This document shows positions 36,548-46,426 of a DNA stretch of 46,426 nucleotides, piece after piece; position 1 is the first letter of the stretch; each line of letters starts with the position of its first letter. The stretch is from Perkinsus chesapeaki ATCC PRA-425 (lineage: Eukaryota; Protista; Perkinsozoa). The notes below the pieces were generated by a model, which ran no database searches, was not told where the DNA came from, and saw only the letters and a program-made list of their open reading frames with translations. The translations under genes were made by a program, and so were the position numbers. The stretch spans positions 1 to 46,426 of the forward strand of contig JAAPAO010000254.1 of NCBI GenBank assembly GCA_013115145.1, in the 5' to 3' direction.

Positions 36548-37699
36548 AAGCAGTATTGGCTACCGGGAAGCCGCTATCCTCTGCAACGTTTCGTCATCAA
36601 CCAACCTCTCCTGGATGAGGTTACACAGAAAACACTGGCCGACTGTAAACCCACTTCTACTTCCTCACAAACCCAGTGGTGTTACGCCACTGGGTCGCCA
36701 CCCCTTAGTCTGGATGCTTGGAAATGCGAAATTTCAAGTGCCCCTCGTAAGTGATAACCTGAGATTGGACTTATTCGACACTGTTCAACAAGATCGCCGT
36801 AGCCCACCAAAACTCTCTGAAGTCCCGCTACCATTCCGTTATCTCCTCCGAATTGGAGGCTTGAATCCGCTCGGAACCTCGCCATATTATGGTGAGTCAC
36901 CATTGGTGACCATAATGATATAACGCTACGGTCGGATGTGCAGTCGGTGATTTCCACTGTGCAGCATATGGTGTCGAATGTGCCACTGTCAGTGCGCTAG
37001 ATGTTGGCTGCGCTCCGATGGATGGAGGGGTCATACCGTTCGCATCGAACGGTTCGACATAACGTTACCCGCAACATGTTGTACCTCTTCTTGTCGGCGA
37101 TGTTGCCAAGGTAGATGGTGTTCCACCTTCGAGTCTTAGTTGGAACACCTTTAGTGGACCACAAAGCAGTTCATGATTAAATATATATGGTATACTCTGA
37201 GTGTTTGGTGTACCATGAAAGATGACATTTGTGATCTCTCTGTGCCCGGGTGTCGAAGTCGGTGTCGGTGTGAACCGTCACGGTTCAACCGTGTGGCGTA
37301 CGGCACAGTCTTGTTACCCGCAGGCAGTCGGAACTGATGAGCTGGCCATGGATTGACATGGCCAGTGCGAGTCGGTAGACTGGTTTCGTAACCTAAGGTT
37401 ACGGTGATCTAAGGTGAGCAAGCTTGCCTTGCTGCGGTTGCCGTGTTCTAACCTTTTGCTTCACTCGTCAATGACGACTCGTCATTCAATGAGGGTCGTT
37501 GACTGTGAAGCTTGAAACTTGGAAGTTTGAATTTCGACATATATGAAAGACGGTGAAAACGCAGCGAGAATCGTCTTACGAAGCAGCTCGCACAGAAACC
37601 TCAGAACCTGCGAGGCACGAGGGAGCGGGTTCCACTTAGCGGAATAGCGTTTGTGTTGTGCTTCCTCCCAGCGGCCGCACCAAGAAGGGAATGCAGTAG

Positions 37700-40528
37700 G
37701 CGGTTTACCACTTACTTCGTAAGTTCAACCGGATGCACTATGTGTACTCTTAGCTCCATTCTTGTCAATTTTGACCACGAAGTCCGGAGGGTTCTTACTC
37801 CTTCAGATCCGATACCCCATTCATCATGGAACCAAAAGCTCAATAAAGCTATTTAAACTGGAATACTTCGGCATGCTACAGTTGTGGTGAGGTACGATTC
37901 CGCTGCTGCATTGACGAATGATGTCGACTCGCTTGGAATTGGCCGCTGAAACTGAAGCTCGATTTTAGCCTGGAATGTCTCATTTGCAGCTGATTCAATC
38001 GACTTCCACCCCTCCGAGGAGACTCGTTTCCTTGCAAGAGAATGGAACAGCTTCCTAGATCATTTCACGACTAACCTTCGCACCCAGCGAGAGCCTCATC
38101 CAGTTGATCCTTAAGAAGTTCAACTTGCGTCACCAGCGACCGCTCAATGTTGCATCTGTCCATATAATATTCAACTTGTCCCTCCGAATGGTCCTCCGAA
38201 CTTACTGGCCTTCCCTGAGCTTCCGTAATTCCTCTTCTTTTTCCATCAAACCTTCCCTCAATTCTGCCACCAATTCATCGCTTCTGTCTTGTCCAGATGC
38301 AGCACGCAGAATTTGATACCCTCTTTCCACTTCAGTTTTCAGCCGTCGTGCCGCGGCATCTCTCCTCTTCATTTCGTTCGCACCAGCAGCCACGTCCCTC
38401 CTCAGCGAATCAATTTGAGATTCCAACAAGCCGAGCTGTTCCCGCGCTAAATTAGCCGACATCTCATTCGTATCGGCGCGTTCAAAGGCCTCTTGAAAGT
38501 CGGCAGCGAGGCGGGTGCTGACATTTCCACCTTCGACATGTTCGTGTTCCTCATTGAACTTACTTTTCTAATCTCGCCTTGTCGAGATCCTCTCTCAACT
38601 GTCGCCTCTCATCGCCTATCTCCGTTAGCATTTGCTCGTACTTGTCAACTTTGGAACTTAACAAGGCTCGTTCGTGGAACCACTCGGATGCCGCAGCACT
38701 CTGAGCCGTTGTGACACCTGTCATGATGTCGTAGATTCCTGCATCGAACTACTCCAGTCAATCGGCTCTTATGGATATAACACGCTATTCAAAAAACGGT
38801 TTCGTAGCGGCAAGCGCGATGGTCCATGGCCGATGGATGTATTCTGTCACTTACCACTCAGTTCTCCTGTTTTCTTCGATATTTCCTCCTCGAGCTTGCG
38901 TATCTTCTCTCGTGCCTCCTCTAGCTGTCCTGGTAAATGTCCAGCTGAATCCATCGCGCTTTTTAGTTCAAGCGCCGCAAGATGTGCCTGCAATACCGAT
39001 CCCAACGAGGACTCCAATTCGCGTACGTCTTGTTTGGCATGATCTCTCTCTTTTTCGATGTCTCGACATGCTTTCTCCGATTTGCTCAAAGAGGTCGAGA
39101 GGTGGTTCACTTCGGTTTTTAGCCGATCAATCTCTGCTCTGTACATTTCACAATCTCCCCGCAGGTACTCTACTTCGTCTTTGGCGCTGACCAAGCTCAT
39201 CATGTCGATGCTAGTTCTTTTACCCCTACCTGGAGGCTTCATCGCGAAGCTGCTGAGTTTCGACTTTCTGTCTTGCAGTGGCCTGTATGTCATTCATAGA
39301 AACATGCAGCTCATGGCTCCTAAGGACCTAGACGCAGGTTCGAATACCGTCAACGGCATCTTCGGACCAAAGCTCTCTTCAAAACTGTCAATTCCATTTC
39401 CATTCGGGTGAGGTCCTCTTTTAGCCGAACGTTTTCAGCTTCCATTAAAGCCGTGGAAGCAGCGCGTCTTCTGCCGGCTTCAGTCGATCGGACCGACTTC
39501 GGGGAATCATCTCCCTAAAACTAAGAAATCATCAAGTTGCACATAACATTCCCTAACGAGCAATTCTGATCAGGCAGAAGAGGCGTCCAACTGACCCTTC
39601 CACTTTTGAACCCACTTTTTCAGACCATCACGAAACCCGCCGATACTCGGGAGAAAATATCCCCCCGTGAACTCTTACACTTACAGAGTGGTCGCTGTAC
39701 CGTTTTGAGCAGCCAGCTGATTTGAACCTCGTCAACTCCTCTTGCGCAGCTTCGAGTCGACCTTCAAGTTTCCGAATGGTGGACTTGTTTTTCGTCAGTT
39801 GTTGCTCGAAGGTTGTTCGCTCGTCCAGCTAAATCATTGAAACTGTCCATGCCACACAACCTTGACCAGTGATAACGGATCGTAAAATACCAACATATCA
39901 GAGCTCCGCGGGGAATTGGCTAATCAAAGAACGGAGACGAATGGATCGAACTTAAAGTCTTTTAAGTTCATAATTTCATCGGTAGTCAATGATATAAGTT
40001 TTGTTGTACTGTATTTATGGCAAAGCTTGTTTGTGCAGCTGATTCGTGTTAAAATGACTTACCAATCGATCGAGGCTGAGGGATGCACTCTGTAATTCGC
40101 CATGCGTCCTTGCAAGCCTTGCTCGTGTTGCCTTCAATTCTCCAATGAGGAAAGCTATCTTCTTTTCTTGCTTCTCGAGGATATTTCTCAGTTGCATCGA
40201 CTCGCCGACAGCCCCTCGAACTTCTCGAGCATGGCGTGCCGACTGAGACATCAACTCCGAGGTCAGTGCAGCCGTCGAGGCTGTGTGAGACAAAGATGAC
40301 AAGGACCTGACGAACGATATGGATAACAAACAAGCCCCCAACTGACCTCCGCGCTGACATCGGCTCTCCCAGAGGGATTATGTCGCTTGTGGTGTTCAAC
40401 GCTGGACTCCTAGACCGTCTTAAAGGTGAAGAGTGAACTGGGGAGCCAGAGCCCCACGTCGGGGAGTAGGAGCCTGTGTAGGGCGAGTCTGGCCTAATAG
40501 TTGACATGGTCGGCTGAGGGCCGGTCAT
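37700..40528 (-). CDS. Large coiled-coil protein, multi-exon (3' end approximate)
   Basis: Ser/Pro-rich first exon (MTGPQPTMS...) followed by several same-strand E/K/R/L-rich heptad exons (40015-40341, 38847-39293, 38202-38462). Checked join VFEPAS|RPLQD. Confidence 0.7.
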
Positions 40529-41045
40529 CAGGAACTCACAAGTTTGGAGACATTCCTGACAATTTATAAGGGACCTCGTATACTATAAAACCGCGATAAT
40601 CGATCCGCTTGTAACCCAAGCTCTCATTGAATTATTATTCCTTCATTCCTATTAACGAGACGATACTAAAGACTCGCAAATGGCAGGAGTGTGTCCATGA
40701 GGAGACAGACGTGAAGAGTGTTCCAAAATGTTGCTTCCCACCTAACGACAACGCTGATCTCGTAGTCTGTTGGTAAATGAGATGAGCTATATAACGTTCC
40801 AAGAATGAATATTTTCATCATGGTTGATGAACCGTTAACTCTGGTAAACCAAGCTGAAGATCTTTTACATTAAATGGAGGCCCGGAGAGCGTTTAGTTGG
40901 GTTGGGCATGTGGCATTATTTCACATCGAACGCGACAGACTCCAAATACTTTTGAAAATGACTCGTCACAAGTGTCGTAGTATCTCATAGGCTGCTGTCT
41001 CTACTTCAACCAATATGAGCTGGGAGACTGTGGAAAACAGCTGCA

Positions 41046-42150
41046 TCACTTCTCACTGAAGACAACCAGAAACACAAACATCAATAAAGAGATGACGTCA
41101 TTCGTGTGACTTAGGAACGCAACATGAAGAAGGTTCGTTCGAGGAGAGTTTGAGGAAGCTGCTGTAAAGCTCAAGTACAATATAAAATGAAAAACGATCT
41201 GATGAAAGGACTGGTGCGGCAGGCCCGATGGTCCATTCCCGAAGATGAGCGGAGAAGTCTGAGAAGCCTGCCTATAACTGCCTACCGAGTGCGGCTCGGC
41301 AGGCACCACCACAAGTCACCAACTTACCAAACTAAGTAGAAAGCTTGTTCAAGTACTATAAATCTTAAAGGGCTCTACTGCCCATCCCTTTTCTTGAATA
41401 TTCCGTGAGCGCGGAGGAGCTTTATGAGAGAACTTTCATGCGTGTGTTCAAGTTTATTAACAACTCGACATCGTATATCCATTTATTATATTTACACTTT
41501 TAATAGGTTTGTTTGATACAGTTTTCAATGATAAGAGTGACTGACTACATCGTCTGTGCAGGTCAGTGAAAACAGCAGTATAGTCACATGTAGCCGATGA
41601 TCGGTACAACTTCTACAAAAATATACAATCAATCGAACGCTTCATTCTTCAATCTAGACAATTATTTCGTTGTTATCAACATCCGCAAACTCCGCGCTTC
41701 CTTCGACTTGGGATGCCTCCCGAAGCTCATCCTTGCCGCGTTGATTCGGCGTGGTGGGTGCAAGATCCGCCGAGCTCAACAAACGAATTCTACCCACCAA
41801 GGAGGCATGGTCGGAAGTTCGGTTACTAAAATGGAGGTCATGAGGATCGAACCCGCGACCGTCTGATTGAAGGACTCACGTATTGTGACTGTTGATTTGC
41901 TTCCTTAACCCTTTTTCTTCTTGTTTATCACCGCTAAGCATCGCTCTAGCACAAGCATTTCTGAGAGGAAGGTCGGCTCGCCACATCTGGGCTGGAGCAA
42001 CTGTCACCATCATAACCTACATCACAAAGCAGCACTACAGAAATATGTCTGTAAATCACATTGAGCCATTTAAAAGTCATTCCATCATTCTCAACGATGG
42101 GGATATTCCAAAACGACTTGGTGTTTCTCAGCAACTCCTTTGAATATCAT
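41046..42150 (-). CDS. Hypothetical multi-exon coding region (separate gene or 3' extension of the EEP gene)
   Basis: In-frame join MLSGDKQEEKGLRKQINSHN|TNRTSDHASLVGRIRLL across intron 41826-41879. Confidence 0.45.
41826..41879 (-). other. 54-nt intron made of a tRNA-like 3' half plus TTTT
   Basis: GTGAGTCCTTCAATCAGACGGTCGCGGGTTCGATCCTCATGACCTCCATTTTAG. Unspliced it gives an in-frame TGA. Confidence 0.8.
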
Positions 42151-42689
42151 ACCGTAGGGAAGCCACTCACAAGAGCTCTCGAGGGTTGTATTCGTTACCA
42201 AAATATTGAAGGAAAGAAGTAATGGATATTATTGCCTGCTATCAATCCACTATTGGTGCCCTACTACTTCTAGCCAGTCTAAATAAGTACAATTACGCCC
42301 AATAAAAACAGGACGGGTGAATTGATCGGTCCGGGCAACATCAAACCACTATTGCTAATACCCCTCCTAGTAGTACTTTACGAAAGATGTCATGCAAATA
42401 AATTCACGAAATAAAGATGCCTATAAGCAGCAGTTGTACCATTCCTCTAATCTCATTTATCTTACCTCATGTGAGCTGCTAGAGCTGCTGCTTGCACTCG
42501 TAGAGCTAAGGTTGCTATCAGCAGCTGGCCTATTACCAGTGACACCTGACGACACATACACAATAATTCAAAGTTCCAAGATGTCTGAAGTAACTAGTCC
42601 TCCTCCTCACCCACCCCCAAACAGTCCATAATCCCCAACGACGACGACGGAAGCGCTTCATAGGGATTCCAATTGGGGCGAACATTTGT

Positions 42690-45235
42690 TAAATTATAAA
42701 CAAAACCAAATAGGTAATACATTTCCAGTGAGAATAACGTAGCTCGACCTTCATGTCTTGCCAGCAGTTGCCGTTTAGTCCCGAAAATTGGCATTCTGTT
42801 CCGAGCTCACCTTGACTGCCTCCACATGACACCGGACTAACCGCACCGCTTTTAACCCACAAGTAATCCAATCGTTTCGGACAAGACGGGACATCCTGAA
42901 CACCTTATACCTTTCACGCGCCACGAAATTCCCTACCTGGTCGCTTGTTACACCATATTTCGCCAGAGTTTCATCGCTCATCTCTCCCCAATTCCCCTGA
43001 TAACTCGGCGGGTGCGGCAACCTCTCCTTATCGGCGTGCAATTGCCAAACATCCTGGAAGCCCGCATTGCCGAGGAAGTCCTTGACCCTTTCATAAACGC
43101 TCGTTGGTTTATTCGTTATTAGACTTTCTGTTTCTTCAGATGACAGAGAGGTGCTACGGCCTGTTCGAGTTGGGGAGGGAGGGCACCGAATGGAAGACTG
43201 AAAAGGGTCGAAATTCATCTGTGGCACTCGAAACACACTGCGCTGTCGGTAAAGTCTTCGGTTTGTCTATGTGCAAATAATGCGATAGATAGGTAGTCTA
43301 ATATAGAATCAACGATACACCGCGTAATAACATTATTGACCTATTATTTTGTTAATATATAACTTGATATTATTTATTTTACTACCAAACTTTATTACTA
43401 CTGCCACGTCGTCTATCGGCCCAAGTATAATCACTATTAAATAGAGACTTGAGTATGAATTCCGATGCGGACTACTTAAAGTATAGTAAAACCCGACATA
43501 TGAATTGGATGTCGAATACTATACAGACGATACCCGATTCACTCCATAAGCAGTCGAGTAAGCCATATCGACCCAACAGCTCTCCCCTTCCTCTATCACC
43601 TTATTCCTCTTCCCCTCCTCCATCATCTTGTCTCGTCCAGTTCCATCAATATTCCAATCACCAGTCATAACAGCTGCCGCAACACGCAAGCCTTTATTAG
43701 CACATTCCTTCTCCAGATACGCTACAACGTCCAATACGACTTTCTAAAATTTACAAATCAATTATAAAAATGCCTCCATGAAATGCTACCAGTTGTGCGA
43801 GCTTGACATCGGAGTCGTGGCCTGCATCGAGATGGGTCGTAGCGACTATCACCACCTGAACAGCGTAGATCATCGACCGGGAAGTGCAATGATGATTGAC
43901 AAAACCGTATTTAGGAATCCTAAGCATTATTATCGTATTTAGGAATTCAGCCCAAGCAAAAGACAGGCTTTTAGGATAATTAAGCCATTTATCATACTTA
44001 GTACGTTCGAGGTACCGTTGGATAAGGAACTCATAGATTATCGAATCACATTGAATACCACAGAACTTCTAGAGCGGAAAAATGGAAGCGGTTACTGTTG
44101 GAAGCTGCTACAAGCTGATCACATTTATCGATCCCTGGCATTATTAATATTACATTAATATTATGCCATATTTCCTACTGCTAATACTGTATTACTTTAA
44201 TTAAGCAGCATCAACTTCCCACAAGTAAAGCATTTAATGATCACTTCAGCTGTACGAATCTATCTTATACAAGAATTTCTGTCGCTCGAGTAACACTTCT
44301 TGGGCTCGCAAGTACAGGAAAGCCGGCGAGGGTGGATAGATACCGCATTGAGCCTCAGTGATAGAAATCGAATAACCACCATCCATAAGGTATTACATCA
44401 CTCCCTCTATCCAAAACAACCCCAAGGGCTCCTTTAGACGCCATGGCATCCTCGCCAGTGGCAACAGTAAACCTATTAAATCTGACAAAAAAAAAGAATC
44501 ACCGAGGATCGAGCCAGAGACCACTTACTTTTCCATGAGTATCGGCCACCTCGACATTATAATCAACCCCGAGTCCAAGAACTTAGTGGGTGCCGAACAC
44601 TCACAAACATGTGTGCCAAAAGCTTTAGTAGAGTATTTCAATTGGGTATCTATCAACCATTATATCATTTATTATAATCGATTTCTCCTTTTCGTCGCAC
44701 AGCAGCCACTTAGATAACGAAACGCACCCAAAAGACCGTCTGGTGATACGGACACTCCCACGGAGTTATATACCTCTAAGCCCTTAATAAGCATGAAGGT
44801 GACACATACTGTTGAAAAGGCTACACATATCCTAATATTACTAAGATTCATGTGCAAAACGAAGTAGAGGAGCGCAGCAGCAGCCTCCACCATAAGACGG
44901 CTCAAACCCCAACGGGCCCCATGACCTTAATTTTGACAAATTCCCTTTGAATTTCAAATCCATAGAATTTACCGTATGACAAATAGTATTTTTATGCCTA
45001 ATGATTAGCAAGACCATTATTACGGTTCTGAACATATCGGACGACTTCTCCTCTCGCAAAGAACCTCCCACAAAATAAAGCATTTATCATGCTTGCAACA
45101 GCCGACTGCTGATCCGTCCACGCCTCTTGAAGTGTTATTACCTGAACACGAGGAGTTCTCATCTACAACACCACCAAATTTCGTGATGATAACTTGACGG
45201 TTTCGATAATGAGCGCATAGACTTCTCGTGTACAT
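42690..45235 (-). CDS. Endonuclease/exonuclease/phosphatase superfamily, sphingomyelin phosphodiesterase (neutral SMase)-like, multi-exon; ends approximate
   Basis: Spliced motifs KFLDSGLIIMSRWPILME|KFNRFTVATGEDAMASKGALGV, AAVMTGDWNID, GFQDVW and PKRLDYLWV. The terminal SDH motif was not located. Confidence 0.8.
44482..44528 (-). other. 47-nt intron with a degenerate tRNA-like T-arm and a T9 run
   Basis: GTAAGTGGTCTCTGGCTCGATCCTCGGTGATTCTTTTTTTTTGTCAG. Removal restores SRWPILMEKFNRF. Confidence 0.75.
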
Positions 45236-46426
45236 TTTTGAAGGTTCTCAGCAAAAGGAAACATAAGATAATGCTTTTCCAGGTTTACCCAACTCCATTC
45301 CTCGAAAAGACCCTAATGCACCTCCCCGGACCTAGGCCCTCTTGGAGGGCGATATAATCCCAACAAATCGTTACAGACCCGCCTGTGTGTTACATCCAGA
45401 TTGTAAGTGTTGGCCTGTTGTTCGATATGACGGCATACTCTTTGTGCTCTCTCGGGTATACGAGGATCTAGGCAACCTGGGAACCTCGCTCGGACCTGAG
45501 AGAAATAGCTACGCATGCTGGGGGAGGTAACAGACTTTGGTTTATAATCATCTCATTGTGACTATGATTTACCCACATTTCAAATCATAGCCACTATTTC
45601 TGAATCGAGGGAAATTAGACACCGTAAACAGTACAGTAATGGATCTATTAAGTCATGGAAATAGTTATATTCTAATACATAAAGTTAAACAATTTGGTTG
45701 TACTTTAACTTCACTTGTACATGCATCAGGTCTCTCTTCTATATACCCCCCCTTTATTAACATTATATTCCTATTTTGTATTATCCTATATAATCCCCTA
45801 TTACCGGTATAAGCCAGGTATTAAAGGTCATTATATTAATAACATCATCTTGCTTCCTGGTATCACCAAGATTAGCAAGGGTAGGGGGCACTCCACCGCC
45901 CGATGGTTGCTGGCTTGTAGTAGACATAATAGTAACCAATAAAAAATCTACAAATGAAGAGGATGACGTTCCTTACTGACAAATACTCAATCTCAGAACC
46001 TCACGGAAAGGGGTTTCTAATGAGGAAAGAAAGGAAATATCGATTTCAGAGGATTAAAGCGGGAAAATGTTTGCACGCTAGCACGGAAAAATGTCTTGGC
46101 AACTGACATTTTGTGTATCTTGCACGGGTCAACCCAAGATTCTCGTCACCAAAAAAATCGCGGAGCGAAGAATTTAGTGTGTCGATTACCCCCTAGGGGA
46201 CATCGAAGGGCGCTCGCTAATTGCACTGTGATGTTTGTGCTTGTGCAAAGCCAACTTCAATAATAACTCAAGTAGATCTGGTTTGGGAGAACGGTTTCCG
46301 CTACGATTAACAGTGATGCCCGAATCAACGGTAAATCACAATAACAACAACTATAACTTATAGCTACAGCACCCACAGAAATATAGCTAATCGCTTTCCT
46401 GCAATGTGCACGAACCCTAATGAGGA

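Noticed and set aside
36580-37460. GC-richer intergenic stretch as a retroelement fragment
   Set aside because: Frames are broken, with no diagnostic motif or LTR pair visible.
39328-39360. T-arm-like GCAGGTTCGAATACC
   Set aside because: It falls in an exon of the coiled-coil gene (minus strand VFEPAS) that joins in frame to the next exon. This shows that short B-box-like words can arise by chance, so it is not counted.
6900-44528. Split or permuted functional tRNA genes as the explanation for the tRNA halves
   Set aside because: No complementary 5' halves or bulge-helix-bulge leaders were seen in this window, and T-stems are mispaired. This is not excluded genome-wide but is unsupported here.
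44895-44925. T-loop-like GGGGTTTGAGCC on the minus strand
   Set aside because: Poor match, no T-run at the expected distance, and it lies in an open frame (WGPLGFEPSYGG) that is probably coding.
1-46426. Spliced-leader RNA gene or relict SL (CCGTAGCCAT(C/T)TTGGCTCAAG)
   Set aside because: No convincing match was found by eye on either strand.

Overview
Intron-rich, gene-dense eukaryotic DNA with many introns of about 30-60 nt. The style and gene content suggest a Perkinsus-like alveolate, but this is inference and no database was checked. Genes I can support from spliced translation done by eye: two paralogous small intronless secreted proteins, a U-box protein, an S28 serine carboxypeptidase, an intronless M60/TCAF-like zinc metallopeptidase, a DUF1764 protein, a WW+Yip1 protein, a CCDC97-like protein, an acylphosphatase, a TauE/SafE exporter, a RING/PHD (PHRF1-like) protein, a coiled-coil protein and a sphingomyelinase-like EEP phosphodiesterase, plus several hypotheticals. 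No intact tRNA, rRNA, CRISPR array or autonomous transposon was recognised. The main observation is that nine introns in six different genes contain, or consist almost entirely of, the 3' portion of a tRNA-like sequence: variable loop GGTC, T-arm GGTTCGA(A/T)(T/C)CC, usually 13 nt to a discriminator-like base, then a T-run. They occur in both sense and antisense orientation. A second unrelated motif, AATTT(C/T)GTGGCGCGTGAC, recurs about 14 times, mostly just inside very short introns. Both may be intron-generating or intron-marking families. Boundaries of multi-exon genes are approximate unless stated.
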